NCBI RefSeq assembly: GCF_009914755.1
Contig: NC_060926.1
Source: the human T2T-CHM13v2.0 reference genome, Homo sapiens
DNA length: 64,000 nucleotides
Reading direction: 5' to 3' (one strand)
The translations under genes were made by a program, and so were the position numbers. The notes under the pieces are model-generated. The model was not told the DNA's origin and made no database searches. It worked only from the letters and a program-made list of their open reading frames with translations. Below are positions 27,731-43,574 of this stretch, piece after piece. The stretch's first letter is position 1. Every line of letters starts with the position of its first letter.

Positions 27731-29164
27731 AAAATCCAGCCTCAAAAGGTCATATATTGTGTGATTCCATTTATATAACATTTCTAAAATATAGACACGG
27801 AGAACAGATTAGTGGTTACGGGGGTTGGGGACGATGGGGGCGGAGGGGGTGTGACTGCGGAGGGGAAGCGCAGTGTCCCTTTGTGGCGACGAATCAGTTC
27901 TGTGTCCTGATTGTGGTAGTGGTTTCAGTGCTCTCCACATGTAATAAAATGTCATAAAACTATACACACACAATATACCAATGCCAGGTTCCTGGTTTGG
28001 GTACTGTACTATAATTATATAAGATATAACCAATGGGGGAACCTGGGTGGAGGGTACCCAGGACCTCTCTGTACTATGTTTACAACTTCATATGAGTCTA
28101 TAATTATTTCAAAGTAAAAATTTAAAAAAACAAGAAGATACATAGCAGAGAGTCAATATACACATTTTCAACAATAAACATGTAGACCTCCTGAAAAAAA
28201 ACAAGCTTTTTTTTTTCCTTTTCCTCTTAACAAGGATGTGCACAACTTTTCCCTTGGAAGGAACTTAGACACACACCAATTAACCCCGTGATGCCTGTCA
28301 GTAATGTTGGAGGAAGAGAGACAGGGCCTCTCAGGTGCAAGAATTAGGATGTCCCCAGCCTGAATGCCAAGAAACTCCTGTGGCAGCCAAGCCCCCAGGG
28401 TGTCAGACCCCTGAAGGGAAGTCTGAGCTCCTCTTTCTTTCCTTAAGTGATCCTGGGAGAGGTCACAGGGCAGCAGGGCCGGGAAAATGGCACGTGGAAA
28501 GCGGTCACTTCAGAACCAGAAGGTGTTCTTTTCCATCTCATCACCTTCTTAAGACAAACCACTTTCCCTCCTTTTCAGTTCTATCTGAACCAACAGCTAC
28601 AAATAAATAAACACCACTGTTTGCAAAGGCCACAGAGATTAATATTATTATTAATATTAATAGTATTAATGGAGTCTAATCATAGTAAATACATAGAGAT
28701 GAAAGATCTTTCCCAAAGCAAGTTATTGATAACTATTAGGGTTGACAACTGAAAGATACATTTGCAATTTATTTTTGAAGCCACATAGATTCATTTCAGC
28801 CGACCCTCTAGTTATGGGACTAGACCACATTCAAGTTGCCTTTCAAATAGTACTGTAAAATTAAAATTTAAAAAGCATGTAGACGTGACTTTAAGGGACA
28901 CTCAAGGAACTACCAAACAAGAGCTCGGCAGCCAACACCCTTTAGTGAAAAGGGTAGGACAGTTTGGGGTTGGCACCTGGGAAAATGGTCCACATGATGA
29001 CCTTTGCAGGGGTGCTGCCCTGTCCTGTTCCCAGCAGCCTCGCCCCCTTTCTTGCCCGGCTCGCTCCTCCTCCTCCTCTGACCCTGTCAGTCAGGCGTTA
29101 ACTGACCTTCCCAGGGCTGGGCACCTTCTATAGGAGCTTCCTCCCCTTCTCCCCGTCCATGGGA

Positions 29165-29224
29165 ATGAGTCAGCAGGGTTTGGTTGGCTCCACTTCCTGC
29201 CTGTGGTTATTATAGCTGACTCAT
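29165..29224. promoter_or_regulatory. Candidate enhancer: inverted pair of ARE/AP-1 sites flanking ETS and RUNX sites
   Basis: ATGAGTCAGCA at 29165-29175, CACTTCCTG at 29191-29199, TGTGGTT at 29202-29208 and GCTGACTCAT at 29215-29224. Confidence 0.55.
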
Positions 29225-29524
29225 CAGACCATCCTGGGTACACAGTTCAGAGTCTTGATGCAATTCACTTCACGTTAGATCATATTTCTCTCCGTCATTA
29301 AATATTCTTGGAAAACATGATTTTCAATGGCTGCAAATATTGCCAGGACCATCTGCTTGCTGAATGCTGGTGTGCGAGCTGGCAGAACCTCCATGTGCTC
29401 CAGGTCTCTGATCCATACGTGGAGAACGCACACCCACATGTGGCCATTTGCTGGTATTCCGTCACTCACTAAGTCCCCAGCAGAGCTACTGCTCTGAGTC
29501 TAAGCATCTAAGTATCAAAACATG

Positions 29525-29526
<2 letters not shown>

Positions 29527-29561
<35 letters not shown>
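29527..29561. repeat. (AC)17 microsatellite
   Basis: Perfect AC run. Confidence 0.97.
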
Positions 29562-29562
<1 letters not shown>

Positions 29563-29796
29563 CCCTAAAACAAATGTTACTGTGATCCTGAAGCCACTTG
29601 TTTAAAGAAGTTTACTTTCTTTTCCACCTGAACAGTGATAGACAGCCAGTGTGCAAGTTCAAGGAGATAATATTAAAGAATTATTGGATCATAGATGTTT
29701 TGAAATAATTATGCTCACCACACATAAGATTCATTCAATAGGCATTACATGCCCAAAACACATAACAATCTAAAGGCTTTAAAATAAGGCAGTTTA

Positions 29797-30600
<804 letters not shown>

Positions 30601-30655
30601 TTATGAGAAAGCCAGACAAGAATAATAATATTCTTGTTTGTTAAGCATGTACTAG

Positions 30656-31230
<575 letters not shown>

Positions 31231-31320
31231 TAGGTTTTGCCCTTCTCAACCATGTGTCTACCAGTAAGCCTGGGCAGATGAAAGAGGAAGCATTACAGTT
31301 TCCTTCTCCCTGACTGGTCT

Positions 31321-31790
31321 ATGGCAGATTGTGTTTCCAAAGGTAGCCTCAGAATACCTCCCATCCCACATGCTATTCTAGAAACTCATCTTCCTCCACC
31401 AAGAGCTAGAATCTAATTCCCTATGTCTTGAATCTGGAAAGGTTTGGGACTTGCCTGCAACCAAAAGAATGTAGCCAGTGTTTCACATGACTTCCAAGGT
31501 TGGGTCATAAAATGAGATGCAGTCTCCACCTTGGTATTTGCAATCTTGAGCCCCAAGTAAGAAATCTGACACCCACTCCTGCCCTGAGGCTACAGTGCTG
31601 AGAGAAGGCCCAGGCCACACGCAGGTGTGCTGGCAGCCTGCTCCAACCGAAGTCCCAGCTGATAACTGGCATGAAGTGCCATAAGTGCAAGGGAGCCTTG
31701 GAGGACTCCAGGCCTCAGCCTTTGCACCTCACCTGACACTTTGCGCCTCACCAGCTGAGGTCCTGGACACCATGGAGCAGAGACTGGCCA
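31321..31790 (+). mobile_element. Old MaLR LTR (MLT1H-like)
   Basis: 'tggcagattgtgtttccaaagg...cctcccatcccacatgctattctag...cttgaatctgg...gacttccaaggttgggtcataaaa'. Confidence 0.7.
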
Positions 31791-33191
31791 ATGAGATCAG
31801 TGCAACTCGTAAAATGTGACTGCAATAAGGACATGGATGATACTCATGAATGAGTGGAGACACTTCTAAGAGTATTTCTGATTAGCCAGAGCTCAAGAAA
31901 ACTTACATTTCCCTGAAATCTTACAACTCATGTGAGAGAACACTTGATGAACATAAGGACTAGATAACCCCAAACTTGGAAAGCTCACCGCTCTGTGGAA
32001 AAGCTGGATTCTAGAACTTGGTTGGTCCCAGAGGGCGAACTGGAGGCTCCTAGCATCACCCTCAAGTCTTGGGCTCGGAACTGCCAAAGGGGAGAATTGA
32101 GTCTGCCAAGTCCCGTTTGGAAGGTTACGCCCCGGCCCAAAGGTCCAGCAGACGGCAGGCAAGAAATGGGCTGTCAAAAGAGACTGGTTCTGCCACAGAT
32201 GTCCTTTTCCCTCAGAAAGAAAACAGAGAAGGGCCCTGGCACTTCTTCCCGGTGGTGAGATGCGTGGTGGGTGAGAGAGAAGAGAGGAGGAGAGAGAGAG
32301 AGAGAGGGAGAGAGTTCATGACAGCAACATGGTGGCCATGGTCGCTCATAAGTTGAGCCAACATGCATCAGGCCCTCAACAGTCTCTCTGGTCAGACAAA
32401 ACACAGCACCTCCCTGGGGGCAAGTCAGAAAATTGGGTGGAGAAAAACAAAGTGTTCAGCCCAACACTGCCCCTCCGTGGTAGGGGAGAGGAAATTCCCT
32501 TCACAGGAACTGAGAACAAGGAAAGACAATTCCCCACCCACACCAGATGAAAGGTGCGGTCGGTCCACCTTCTCTCCCAGGCCCTTGTGTTAGAGCAGTT
32601 TTCACAGCTCCCTCTCTGTGTGAGCACAAAGGAAGGGAGGCCCCAAGAATGAAGAACCCCTCCCACGTGTCCACAGCTGGTGGACTCCTGATGGCTGCGG
32701 GGAGAGACACTCAGCTTCAGCCCACGACTTCTCGCTCCCTCCGGAAGGCAGACTTGGAGGACAGGCCAGGCCAGGCTCCCCTCCCCGGACCACATGCATC
32801 TTCGCACAGAGCGAGATCATGTTCTGGTGAAGTGCGGACTGTGGAGGAAGGAAAGGTCAGGGTCATTCGATGTTGGGAGAGAGAAAAAGGGACTCAGTGT
32901 CCATCTCCAGGAAGTGAGAGGACAATGGAGCACAGGCAGTAAAGCATGGTCCTGGTTTCCAAGGAAGTCGGTAAACAGAGGAGGAGGGGCACCAGACTGC
33001 TCTGTGGGGTCTCCCCTCCTCCTGATCTCTCTTCTAGGCACCAACCCGCCACACTTTGTGCCCAAGTCTGATAGATGGGAAGATCGACCTGGGCAGGTAA
33101 GTGGCAGACATGCTGGGGTGACTGTATTCCTGGAGCCACTGCCAGATGGATAAACAAAAACCAAGGACTGGATTTTAAACATAAAAGAGCT

Positions 33192-33551
<360 letters not shown>

Positions 33552-34973
33552 TCATCCCCATCTCCACTTCCCTAAGAACCTTCAGGCTCCGGGAAGCTTG
33601 ACAGCAGCTCCTGTCACGATGCCTCATTTCATCCACTACCAGCCACAGATACATCCCTGTGAACCTGGCACAGTTTCCTGTATACGGTAGGCACTCAATT
33701 CATGCTAGTCAAATCAACAAACCTTAGGAGTGGCCTGTGTGGATTTTAGGACCCTTGTCCCCCTCTAATCCTGGATTCTCATTGTCCCTGCACAGACAAC
33801 AAATGCCTCCTAGGCATTCAGAGGCTGAGCAGAGCCAACTCTGCCTCGGTGAGTAGTGAGCGTGGCCAGCAGGGCAGACATCCACCAGCCATCCTCACTC
33901 AGGCCCTTGGAAGCCTGTGGGCTCCCGGCACCTTCCCTGTGCCAGGAGCCCTGAGCCCTGGGCTTCCCCAGCCAGACAATAAGCCACCCTTGTCTCTTCA
34001 CCATGGGCCTCTGCAAAGCACAGGCACTCCCCAAGTGTGGGAATTGCAGAGATGGAAGGAGTCTCTCATTTGCCTCAAGGGCAGTTGCGACTGGCGTGCG
34101 GCCTGTCCTGATGAAGTTTCACCCTTCTGGCGAGGACATGCTGGTGAGGACATCAATTTAGCCACAAGCCAACTTGCTTGGTCATTTATGACAGCTGGCT
34201 TTGCCCAGATGGCTCAGGGCTCACCTGCAGCCACTGTTAGGGGACCTACAAGGCACCAGCTTCAACTTCCCTTCACACAGGCAATTCACACCTCAGGGAG
34301 GCCCAGGGAAGGGCCCACGAACACCCTATCTGATATACATAAGGAATCGGAGGTGAGGATGTCTCCTGAAGTGACGGGTGATGCACTCTCAGGCTTTCCA
34401 CCCTGGACTGCCTCTTCTTCAAAAAGAATAAAACAGATTAATCCAACAGATGAACTGTCTGCTGGGATCTGGGCATGTCCACAGTACTGGGGACACAGCA
34501 AGATACAGAGCAAAGTCTGCCTGCAGCGACTGCACTCGCCCACCTTTGCAACTGGTGCCTCCTGGAGAGCAGTTGGTTGCAGTGAGGTGCTGACCACCTC
34601 CCTCAGAAATGACTTCAGCAACAATCACCCCGAGTGTCTGACTCACCGGCTGCTCTGGTTCTTCCCTGCCAGCCGCAGTGGCACAGCAAGGCAGCAAATC
34701 TTTGGAGCTCTCGGCCATACAGGACAGAGCACAAGTACCCCATGATTTCCAGGAATTCCCACAGCCTTGGGGTCTGGTTTGGTGAAAGGGGATGGGGAAG
34801 GCTATGCCCTGAGCAATCACTATTCGGCATTACAGTCACCTGTGCTCCAAGCTGCAGAATACAGCCCCACTCCTGTTTTTGTTTTTTCTTTTAAAAAACA
34901 CTTTGTTTTTCTCCACCCAATTTTCTTTTTAAAAATTTTTTTAAAGAAATTAAAAAAAAAAAAAAAAAGAGCA

Positions 34974-35269
34974 GGCTGGGCGTGGTGGCTCATGTCTGTA
35001 ATCCCAGCACTTTGGGAGGCCAAGGCAGGAGGATCACTTGAGCCAAGGAGTCAGAGATCAGCCTGGGCAACATAGTGTGACCCCATCTCTACAAAAAACT
35101 GAAAAATTAGCCGGCACATGCCTGTCGTTTCAGCTACTTGGGAGGCTGAGGTGGGAGAATCGCTTGAGCCCAGGAAGTCAATGCGGCGGTAAGTTGCTGC
35201 GTTCGTGCCGCTGCACTCCAGCCTGGGTGACAAGAGCAAGAAACTGTCTCAAAAAAAAGAGAAAAAAAA
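34974..35269 (+). mobile_element. AluJ
   Basis: J-type dimer with an A tail. Confidence 0.92.
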
Positions 35270-37404
35270 GAGTTCCTGGTCTGTTTTTCTGGCAGATCCC
35301 AGCCATGTCCAGGCCCAAGGCCCAGGACTCAAACTGGTGCCTCCATTTCCTTTGATCCCTGTGCAGAATTGCACAGACTTGCTTTGAGCCAGATTCCCAT
35401 TTCTGATAGTCTTTGCAGAAAGCCTGAAACTCATCCTTTAAGGCCTAAGGACTTGAGGGAAGCCTTCAGCACCTGCAGCTGGGGAGGCAGGAGTTCTTGT
35501 CAGTCTCTTGGTACTGGTAACGGGCAGTGCACACGTTGACGTTAATGAGACTTAAAAAGCTGCAGCATCTGGCTGCCTGGCCAGGTGGAAAGAAAACCCA
35601 CAGCAGCATGTGGACGAAGGCACTGCCTCTATTTCCCTCCAGAAAGCAACACAACTCAGGTGAGAGCTGCCGGCTCCCCTGGCTACACATATAAAAGCAA
35701 AGCCAAGATCCAAGCACACACGCTTATTCCAAGGTGGAAGTTCATCTCCAAAGCTGTGCAGGAGGGTGCTAGGGGCTGGCGCAGTAAGTAAGCAATTCAA
35801 ATTAATGAATTGGCTGATTGACTCCAAGTTCGATTTAAATTCACAACAACCAGGTTCTGTATTTGTGCTCAGGGATGCCCCATCCCTCTCACGGGACTGG
35901 CTTCCGGCTTCTTCCAGGGTTTGCTCCTTATTCCAGTTAGGTATTCAGTGTCGCCAAGCCAGGGCAGCCTCGTGACTACAGTGAGTTGCTAACAGCAGGG
36001 CAGCACTGTTTCAAACAGACACCCAAACACCTGTTTTTCTTGTTAAGTAAAAACAAGTTAATAGTCACAGCAAAACCATGAAAGAAAACCACAAGTGACC
36101 TAAGGATTTCTGACTCACCCCCAGCCTGGGTACTTTGTGACATTCCACCAAAAGCATCAGCCACCTGCAGCTGCCCTGAGAACTGCTGATCAGCAGTCCT
36201 TTTGTCTCTCCAAGTCAGGGTAATTACCCATGTGTGCCCTGCCCCCAGATGGCTCTTGCCTTCAGAAAAAAAGAACAGAGAAAAAAAAACGAAAACCACC
36301 TTCCCTCTAAGCCCAAGTGACTAAGAAAAGCTGGCAGGGACCCTCCCTCAGACCATAATGGTGGGAAACCTCTTGCAAAACAGTTTTCTCTGCAAGATAA
36401 ACTGTCTGTTCCCAGCAGCCAAGTGCCACACCCGAGAGAGGGTGAGAGGTTTCCTTTAAGAAGCCTCCAGAAAACATCATGAACAGTTGCTCCCCTATGC
36501 ACTAGGAATAACTGTGAAGAGTTACACCCTAATAAAGATTTTTTTGTTCTTTTTTTATTTTAAGTGTAGCCTCCAGGATAGGCCCAGCATCTGCACTATT
36601 CTAGAAACCAATGCTATGGAGCTCCAGCTCAGCCTAGACCTGGTAACCTCCTATGGGCAGAGGGACGGCCACACACCAGGCCCTGTCCCTGTTTGATCAC
36701 TTATTGTCACAAGTCTAGCTGTCCAAGGGGGCGCAGGGACCTGTCAGGCCTCATAGCCATTCTAGAAGAGGTGGCCCACGTGAAAGTTGTCATGCTCTGT
36801 GTCACATAGCTCAGGTCTTGTGGTCCCACCTGGAAGGAACTGGGACTGGGCTGCAAGCCAAGGCTGCCTTCTATAGGCTGAACCATGCACAAGCGGCAGT
36901 AGGCTATGAGTTGCCTGTTCCCAAACGGTACCCACTAGGCTGCCTTGCCAGGGACTGGGACCCTCTGACCCCACCAGAGTCTCCTTCTCAGCAAGGGCAG
37001 GCGAGGGGACAGCCCCACTTCATCTGCCCGCAATACCCTTGTGCCTCCTGAGCCTCCATCCACCTGCAAGTGCTGTGCCCTGTGCCCGGCTGGGCTCCCT
37101 ATGAGCCCAGGGAACACCTCTGCCCTCTAAACGACCGCCAGTGGGCACAGTGTTCAGGCCATGCTGCCAAGGCAGCAGCTAGGAATTCAGGAATTCAGAG
37201 AAGATGCGAAGGACAAAAATATGAAGGGACTGCTGGGGCACCAAGGTGAGGAGGGACAGGGTTGCCAAACCCCATGTGTAGGAGCCACTGTGCATCCTGC
37301 CCGTGGGACAAGCACCACCTGAAGACGCAAGAAGACCTCCCTCAGTTCGAGGGAAAATATCTCCCCCAAAGGCCCCCATACATACTGAAAATCTCTTATG
37401 ATAA

Positions 37405-37801
<397 letters not shown>

Positions 37802-38949
37802 CTCCTAAGTTTTTCAGTACACTTCCAATATCAACTTTTCCATCAGTGATTCCAACCACTCAAAAGGTGGACAGCCTGTAAGCCCATTTTATAGATGAAG
37901 GATGTGATGATGAGTGAGATTAAGTAATGTCTGCAGAGCCACCGAAGCCCAGATTCAACCCCACGGACATCAGCCACGACAGCCCATGGCTCTGTGGTGT
38001 CACACACCTGCAGCAGGACACTGTTTCTCACATTTCTACTGGCACCTGGCACCGGGCAGATGCCAGCCTGGGGGACAAGGCACCTGGAGCGTCTAATGCT
38101 TGACCTTCTGCCCTGGTCCTGGGCCCTCAGCTGTCTTGGGAAGAGGTGGCAATGGATGCCTGGTAGAGGTTTTGACCCCTGGAGGGTGCTCTTTGGACAC
38201 CTCCTGGAGTGACATTCGTCACTTCATTTCATTTCAGCATCACGAACATTGGCTGAGCGTATGGCTGGCTCCAGGCATCGTGTTTTTAGCTAAGACCTTT
38301 CTACAAATCTTTTTTATGGTTATTTAAAGAAATAAACCTAAATTTGAGGATCATTATGTTCTGCTTCACTGGCACTCAGAATCTACTTCACCCAGGAGCT
38401 CAGAACTCAGCAGTTAGCAAGAAAAGTAGCCTCTGAACCCGAACAAAAGAGAAACATTACTGCAGAAAGCCAATACTTCCTCTCAGGACACCCTAAGGAC
38501 TGCCTTCCCAGAGTCTGTGTACTTACAATTACGTGTAAAGTGACAATTTTGATGTTCTTCAGAGAGAGAGTCCAGCCTGACCTGAGCGCGCTTGGAACCT
38601 GCTGGCTGTTAACTGGGTACAGAGAAAAGTCAGAAGAAACGTCAGGAATTCAGGAGTCCACACACCTGCTGGATGTTACTGCTCACCACAGCTTGGGTGA
38701 TAGGCATTGGGTCATTATGGTTCCCATCAGATCTGACACAGGTGCATTCTCAACACTCATTCATTCCCTTCCTCCGTTGTGGCCTACGGCTCTGTAAGCA
38801 ACAAGTCAAATCTCAACCTCTCTCTTCATCTCAGAAATCACAGAAAGAATGTGCAATGAATAAATGGCCTCCTCTCACCTCCACAGCCCCCAGCTGAGGT
38901 TGCTGGCAGTTGCTGGCAGCCTCAGGCATGTGTCTTTGGAAGAACTATT

Positions 38950-39470
38950 CTGGAAAACAATTTGGCAATCTGGGTTTCAGGCCTTTATAATAAAGGAATT
39001 TATATCCCTCCACCTGGCAATAACCCTTCTGGCAAACCATGGGAAGGAAGGAGTCAGAAACTTGGACTTCTTTTTAAAGATGTTCATTGAAGCTTTATAT
39101 ATAGTTGTAAAAAAACTGGCAACAGTGCATCTGTCCCACAATATGGGAACAGTTAAATAATTATGGCACTGCTATAAGATGGAATCTATTGTAGCAACTT
39201 CAAGATGGTGTTTTTCAAGACTATTTAATGATGCAGAAACATAGTTATATGATGCAAAGTGGAAAGCTATAGTACAAAATTTATACACAACGAATTCCAA
39301 AACAACAATAAAATTACACATATATGTGTATATACAGAGAACTGGGAAGAAATACAACAAAATGTCAAAAGTGGGTATCTCTGGATGGTGAGATTATGTT
39401 TCATTTTTATCTTCTCTTTGCCCCTCTATTATTTTCTATATGTTGACTTTATAATTTTAAAAAGCTACTG
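38950..39470 (+). mobile_element. Old L1ME 3' fragment
   Basis: 'ttctggaaaacaatttggcaat...aagatgttcattgaagctttat...aactggcaaca...gtgggtatctctggatggtgagattatg'. Confidence 0.75.
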
Positions 39471-41328
39471 AAAAGAAATTTCTACCAAAAATTATAAGAA
39501 AAAAATGTTCCATAATAAATGGTTCAAAGTTTGCGTTTTTAGAAAATGTTCTATGTGGAATTTTAGTTAAACATGGCTGTAAAAATCAACAGCTCTTGTC
39601 CTGGTCTGGCTTTGCTCTTGCAGAGCTGAGCCTGGTGCCCAGTGCCAGCCTCTGGTTCCTGTTCCCAAGAGCAAAATGGGGCAGGGGCCAAGGGCGAACA
39701 GCAAAGGATTGCAGTAATTCTGGAAACTCAAAACAAAATGTCTCAGCACACCTGACTTAGGACAGCGTCTTTTGAGATTATTTTTTTAAACACTGTAATA
39801 AATGGGTTGCAGGAAAGGGTTATATAATTACTCTGTTTACACTGAGAGATTTAAAACAAAGAAAAAGTGTCAGGTATAAGCCACAGGATACATAAAGTTA
39901 CTGACAGTTCATCCTCCCGGTGTGGAGCTTGAAGAAAGCAACAGCTTCCATCTCACAGGACATCTCTGACCACCTGGAACACTGGTTGAGGCTTCTGAAG
40001 CCCCATGGCTGCAGCAGAGAGGGGGCCAGAGACTGGACAGCATGTCCCTGATGGAGCAGCAAAGAGTGTGCTCTCTAGTAAGAAGCCCAGCAGCACTGCC
40101 AACATGTCCCTTACATGGGTGCTTCTGACTCTATTTTGACTCTACATAATCATCTGCATGCCCCTAGAGCCGCCCCACCTGGCTTCTTCCACTTGCCCTT
40201 CACGTGTTTAGATAAGGAAATTGCTTCTCCAATGCAGGCCAAGGAATTTGGCCTTAGACTTACGCATGCCCCAAATATCCTGACAAAGCAGTGCAAGAAA
40301 GCCCCTGTTGCTGATACAGAAGCCCCCAGGAAGGGTGTTCTGCACCCTCACTCCTGAGCTTCTGGAAGTAAGGGACATTTCTTTCTGTGGTCAGCCTGGG
40401 AGTCAATCCAAATCCACGGGAAGGGGCAGCATTCCAGCCGGCCTGGAAGCGTCCATCTATGGAGTGAGCTAGGCCATCACAGCTCAGGGAATCCTGAGGG
40501 AGACTGCTTAGAACTCCTGCCACTGCCAGGATAACGTGAAGGACTCCCTCAGCCTCTTCTGCTCTGCGGGCTGCAGGGTCTATAAAATATGTCTCTGCCC
40601 ACTGCCTTTCCAGACATGGGGCTTGAAGGCAACTAAACCAGATCATGAGTGAAGCCTTTGAAGAGTGAAAAAGCTATGTAAATACAAGGGATTTTCATAT
40701 TTTGAAAAGCTTTTTTCAAGCCACAGAAACGAATAAGTCTCCAGATATAGTCATTGGTGACTCTTACAGGTGGATGTAAGAAAGACTCCTACAGGTGGAT
40801 GGAAGAGGTGGATGCTTCCTGCTCCAAACTGAGGAAGGGAGGGAATAACAGGAGCCATTCTGCTCCCTCCCAATGCTGGCCACTTTGCTCAGCCAAGGCC
40901 GGCTCCTCTAAAAGCAGAACCAGGGCGCCAGGCACAGAGGAAGGGAGGGGGCTGGGAGTCAGCTGGGCTAATGACAGCGGCCCAGGGGAGAGGGGACGGG
41001 AGGGCCAGGACCCTGGTGGCTGCTGGGACATGGCAGGTTCCACGACAGGGAAGGATGCAGACACACTGCCCTGTGTTTCTCACCCACAGGGAACTTGCAA
41101 CAATTTCAGTTGCAAGTTTACAGCGAGGTTTGGTTTTGAACTGAAGCTCTTCTGGATGCCATGTTTTGGAAGCTGGTGGTAGGGCCGAGCTCTGCGACTC
41201 TGCTGCCTGAGGCTTTCCCTCCTAAAGCAGGCCTCAGCAGAGGCTGCTAAGGCCAAGGTCAACAACATGCGCTTTGCAGGCAAAATTTTTACATCACAAG
41301 GTTCGAGCACAGGAAGAACCCCTAGACC

Positions 41329-41565
41329 AATATTTCCCAAAATGTGTCCCCCCATCACCACAGAAAGGAGGTTTTGTGGTCAAAAAACAAGGGGAAAGTG
41401 CTTGCTGAACACCAAACAGTTTTCTTCCTGCAGGTATTTGCAGAGTCTTTAATATGCTAATGAACTTGTAATTGAGAGGACGTGGAAGACCAGCTTTTTC
41501 CAGACATAGTTGCCCATGGAACCTTCTTGGTGAGACACCCACTAGCATCTGGAACACAATTTACT
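41329..41565. mobile_element. MER103C-like DNA transposon
   Basis: 'caatatttcccaaaatgtgt...tttaatatgctaatg...ccatggaacctt...ggaacacaattt'. Confidence 0.6.
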
Positions 41566-41727
41566 GCTCTTGGTTTTAAAGAAAAAAGGAAAGTTAAGAG
41601 GTTAAGGGATTTGCCTGAGGTCACGTGACCTGTGTACCCAAGGTCAGAAGCAGTTCCAGACCAACGCCTACTCCCCTGCAGACTCACTTGTGCACAGGTG
41701 TCCTGCCGCCTCCAGGTAACCTCCCAA

Positions 41728-42415
41728 TGAAACTGCCTTTGCAAAAATTACAACAGTGAGGAAATTATGACAGTGAAAGAGATCTGATTTAATCACCCCC
41801 ATCTTGCTTTTAACCTCCAGAGTATCCTTGGTCATTCCTGGACCTGGGGCAAGCTAACTTTGGGAGAAATTTAGTTTATAGTTTCAATGATGATAGCCCT
41901 TCCCCAAAACTAACCACCTTTGTAAAACTGATGAGAGACCACAAAGTTAGGGGGATGAGAGGGGCTGAATTCTGCTAGGATGTAGGCATAAATGATTACC
42001 AAGTCCCACAGATAACATCACTCTTGTAGAGCCTAAGATCGGCCTTTTGGGATGTCCTTTCAGGATTTTGCATTTCTGATGACCGAGTGGCCCCACCCAG
42101 ACCCATGACTCTTGGCTCAACTGCTCCTGAAGCTCCCACCCAGAAGTGAACTCACAGCATGAGAACCATTTTCCACACCTCTATGATTGCATCCCCAACT
42201 AATCAGCAGCACCCATTCCCCTAGCCCCTGCCCACCAAACTATCCTTAGCCCTAGCCTCCAAATTTTCAGGGAGACTGACTTGAGTAATAAAACTCCGGT
42301 CTCCTGTTCAGCTGGCTCTGTGTGTATTCAACTCTTTCTCTATTGCAATTCTTCTGTTCCTGATAAATTGGCTGTATCTGGGCAGGGGGCAAGGAGAACA
42401 CACTGGGCAGTTACA
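41728..42415 (+). mobile_element. LTR8/LTR8A (ERV1) solo LTR
   Basis: TGAAACTGCCTTTGCAAAAATTA...GGGCAGTTACA. TSD CCAA at 41724-41727 and 42416-42419. Internal AATAAA. Confidence 0.92.
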
Positions 42416-43574
42416 CCAACACCCCAACTACGCTCTCTTCAGTTAGACTGCCTTTCCATATCACCCCAAACTGAACATGATTGAAGGTCAATTTTGTAAT
42501 GGAAACTGAGCCATTTGCCCCAGTGTTAAATGTACATATTGATCATGGATTGCTTGGAACTGCTCGTGCCACAACTCACTTCAGCATTGATTTATGTGAT
42601 GGTGAAATCTGTTGGGGAACTGGAAGAACAAGAGAATCTAACCAAAACAGTGGACTTAGGAAATCCCTGCAGAATCCCTGCTCGCTCCCATCTCGCAAAA
42701 CCCTACATCAATCACACCGCCAGCTTGCAGCAAGACTCAGGTAGCCCCACAACTGGGGATGTGAGTGAAGGCCCTCCTGCTGCACCCCAGGGCCGAGGGC
42801 AAGCCTCGGATGAGAGGGGTTTATTTAGCACCCTCAGAAGACAGCTGGTTAGTGTAAATGTGTTTTAGAAACTGGCCTGGGCATAATTAAAGTCTATGTG
42901 GCCTCTCCTCTCCTGATCTCTCATTTCTAGTATCCAGACCAGAAAATAAAGGGAGTCATGATCTTTTCTTGTTGGATAGAAATAAACTTCCAAGCTCCTT
43001 GTTGCTTCTGCAATGGTCCTCAAGCTGGAGATCACCAGCCACTGAGGTGAAGAACACAGGAGAAGGGGACACAGGGCCCATAGGATTTCTGGACTGAAAT
43101 CAAGGACACAGCAACAGAAGAGAAGAGACAGAGCCAAGAAACACTGTCTCACCACCCAAGCTGCTCAGGTGTGACATGCACCATCAGAGTCCTTCACCCC
43201 TGCCATGGAGGCTGTGCAGGGGAAACCAGGATGTCCAGAGCATGCAGAGCCCTGCAGGTCCCCTTCAGCCATGAGCAACCTCGTCCCACCAGCACCTCCC
43301 AGTATGAGTGGTGCAAATGTTATTCTCTGCATGGGCGGGGAGGTGAGGAAGGCCAGGGCACCCTTGCAGGAGGATGCTCTCCTGCCCCTCCCATGCTGGC
43401 TTAAGCACCCTTTCTCAATGCTGCCATGGATAGAGATCCCAAGCTGACTGCCCTCCAGCGGCCCTTATGGTGTCATTCACTGCATGCATGGCATGACTCG
43501 TGAGAGCTGCTGTAGCCTTCACTTCCCATATTCCCAGGACTTTGCACATTAATAGATGGTCAATAGAACTCTCA

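Noticed and set aside
28637-28670. AT-only imperfect palindrome (attaatattattattaatattaat)
   Set aside because: It is short and low-complexity, and expected by chance in AT-rich DNA.
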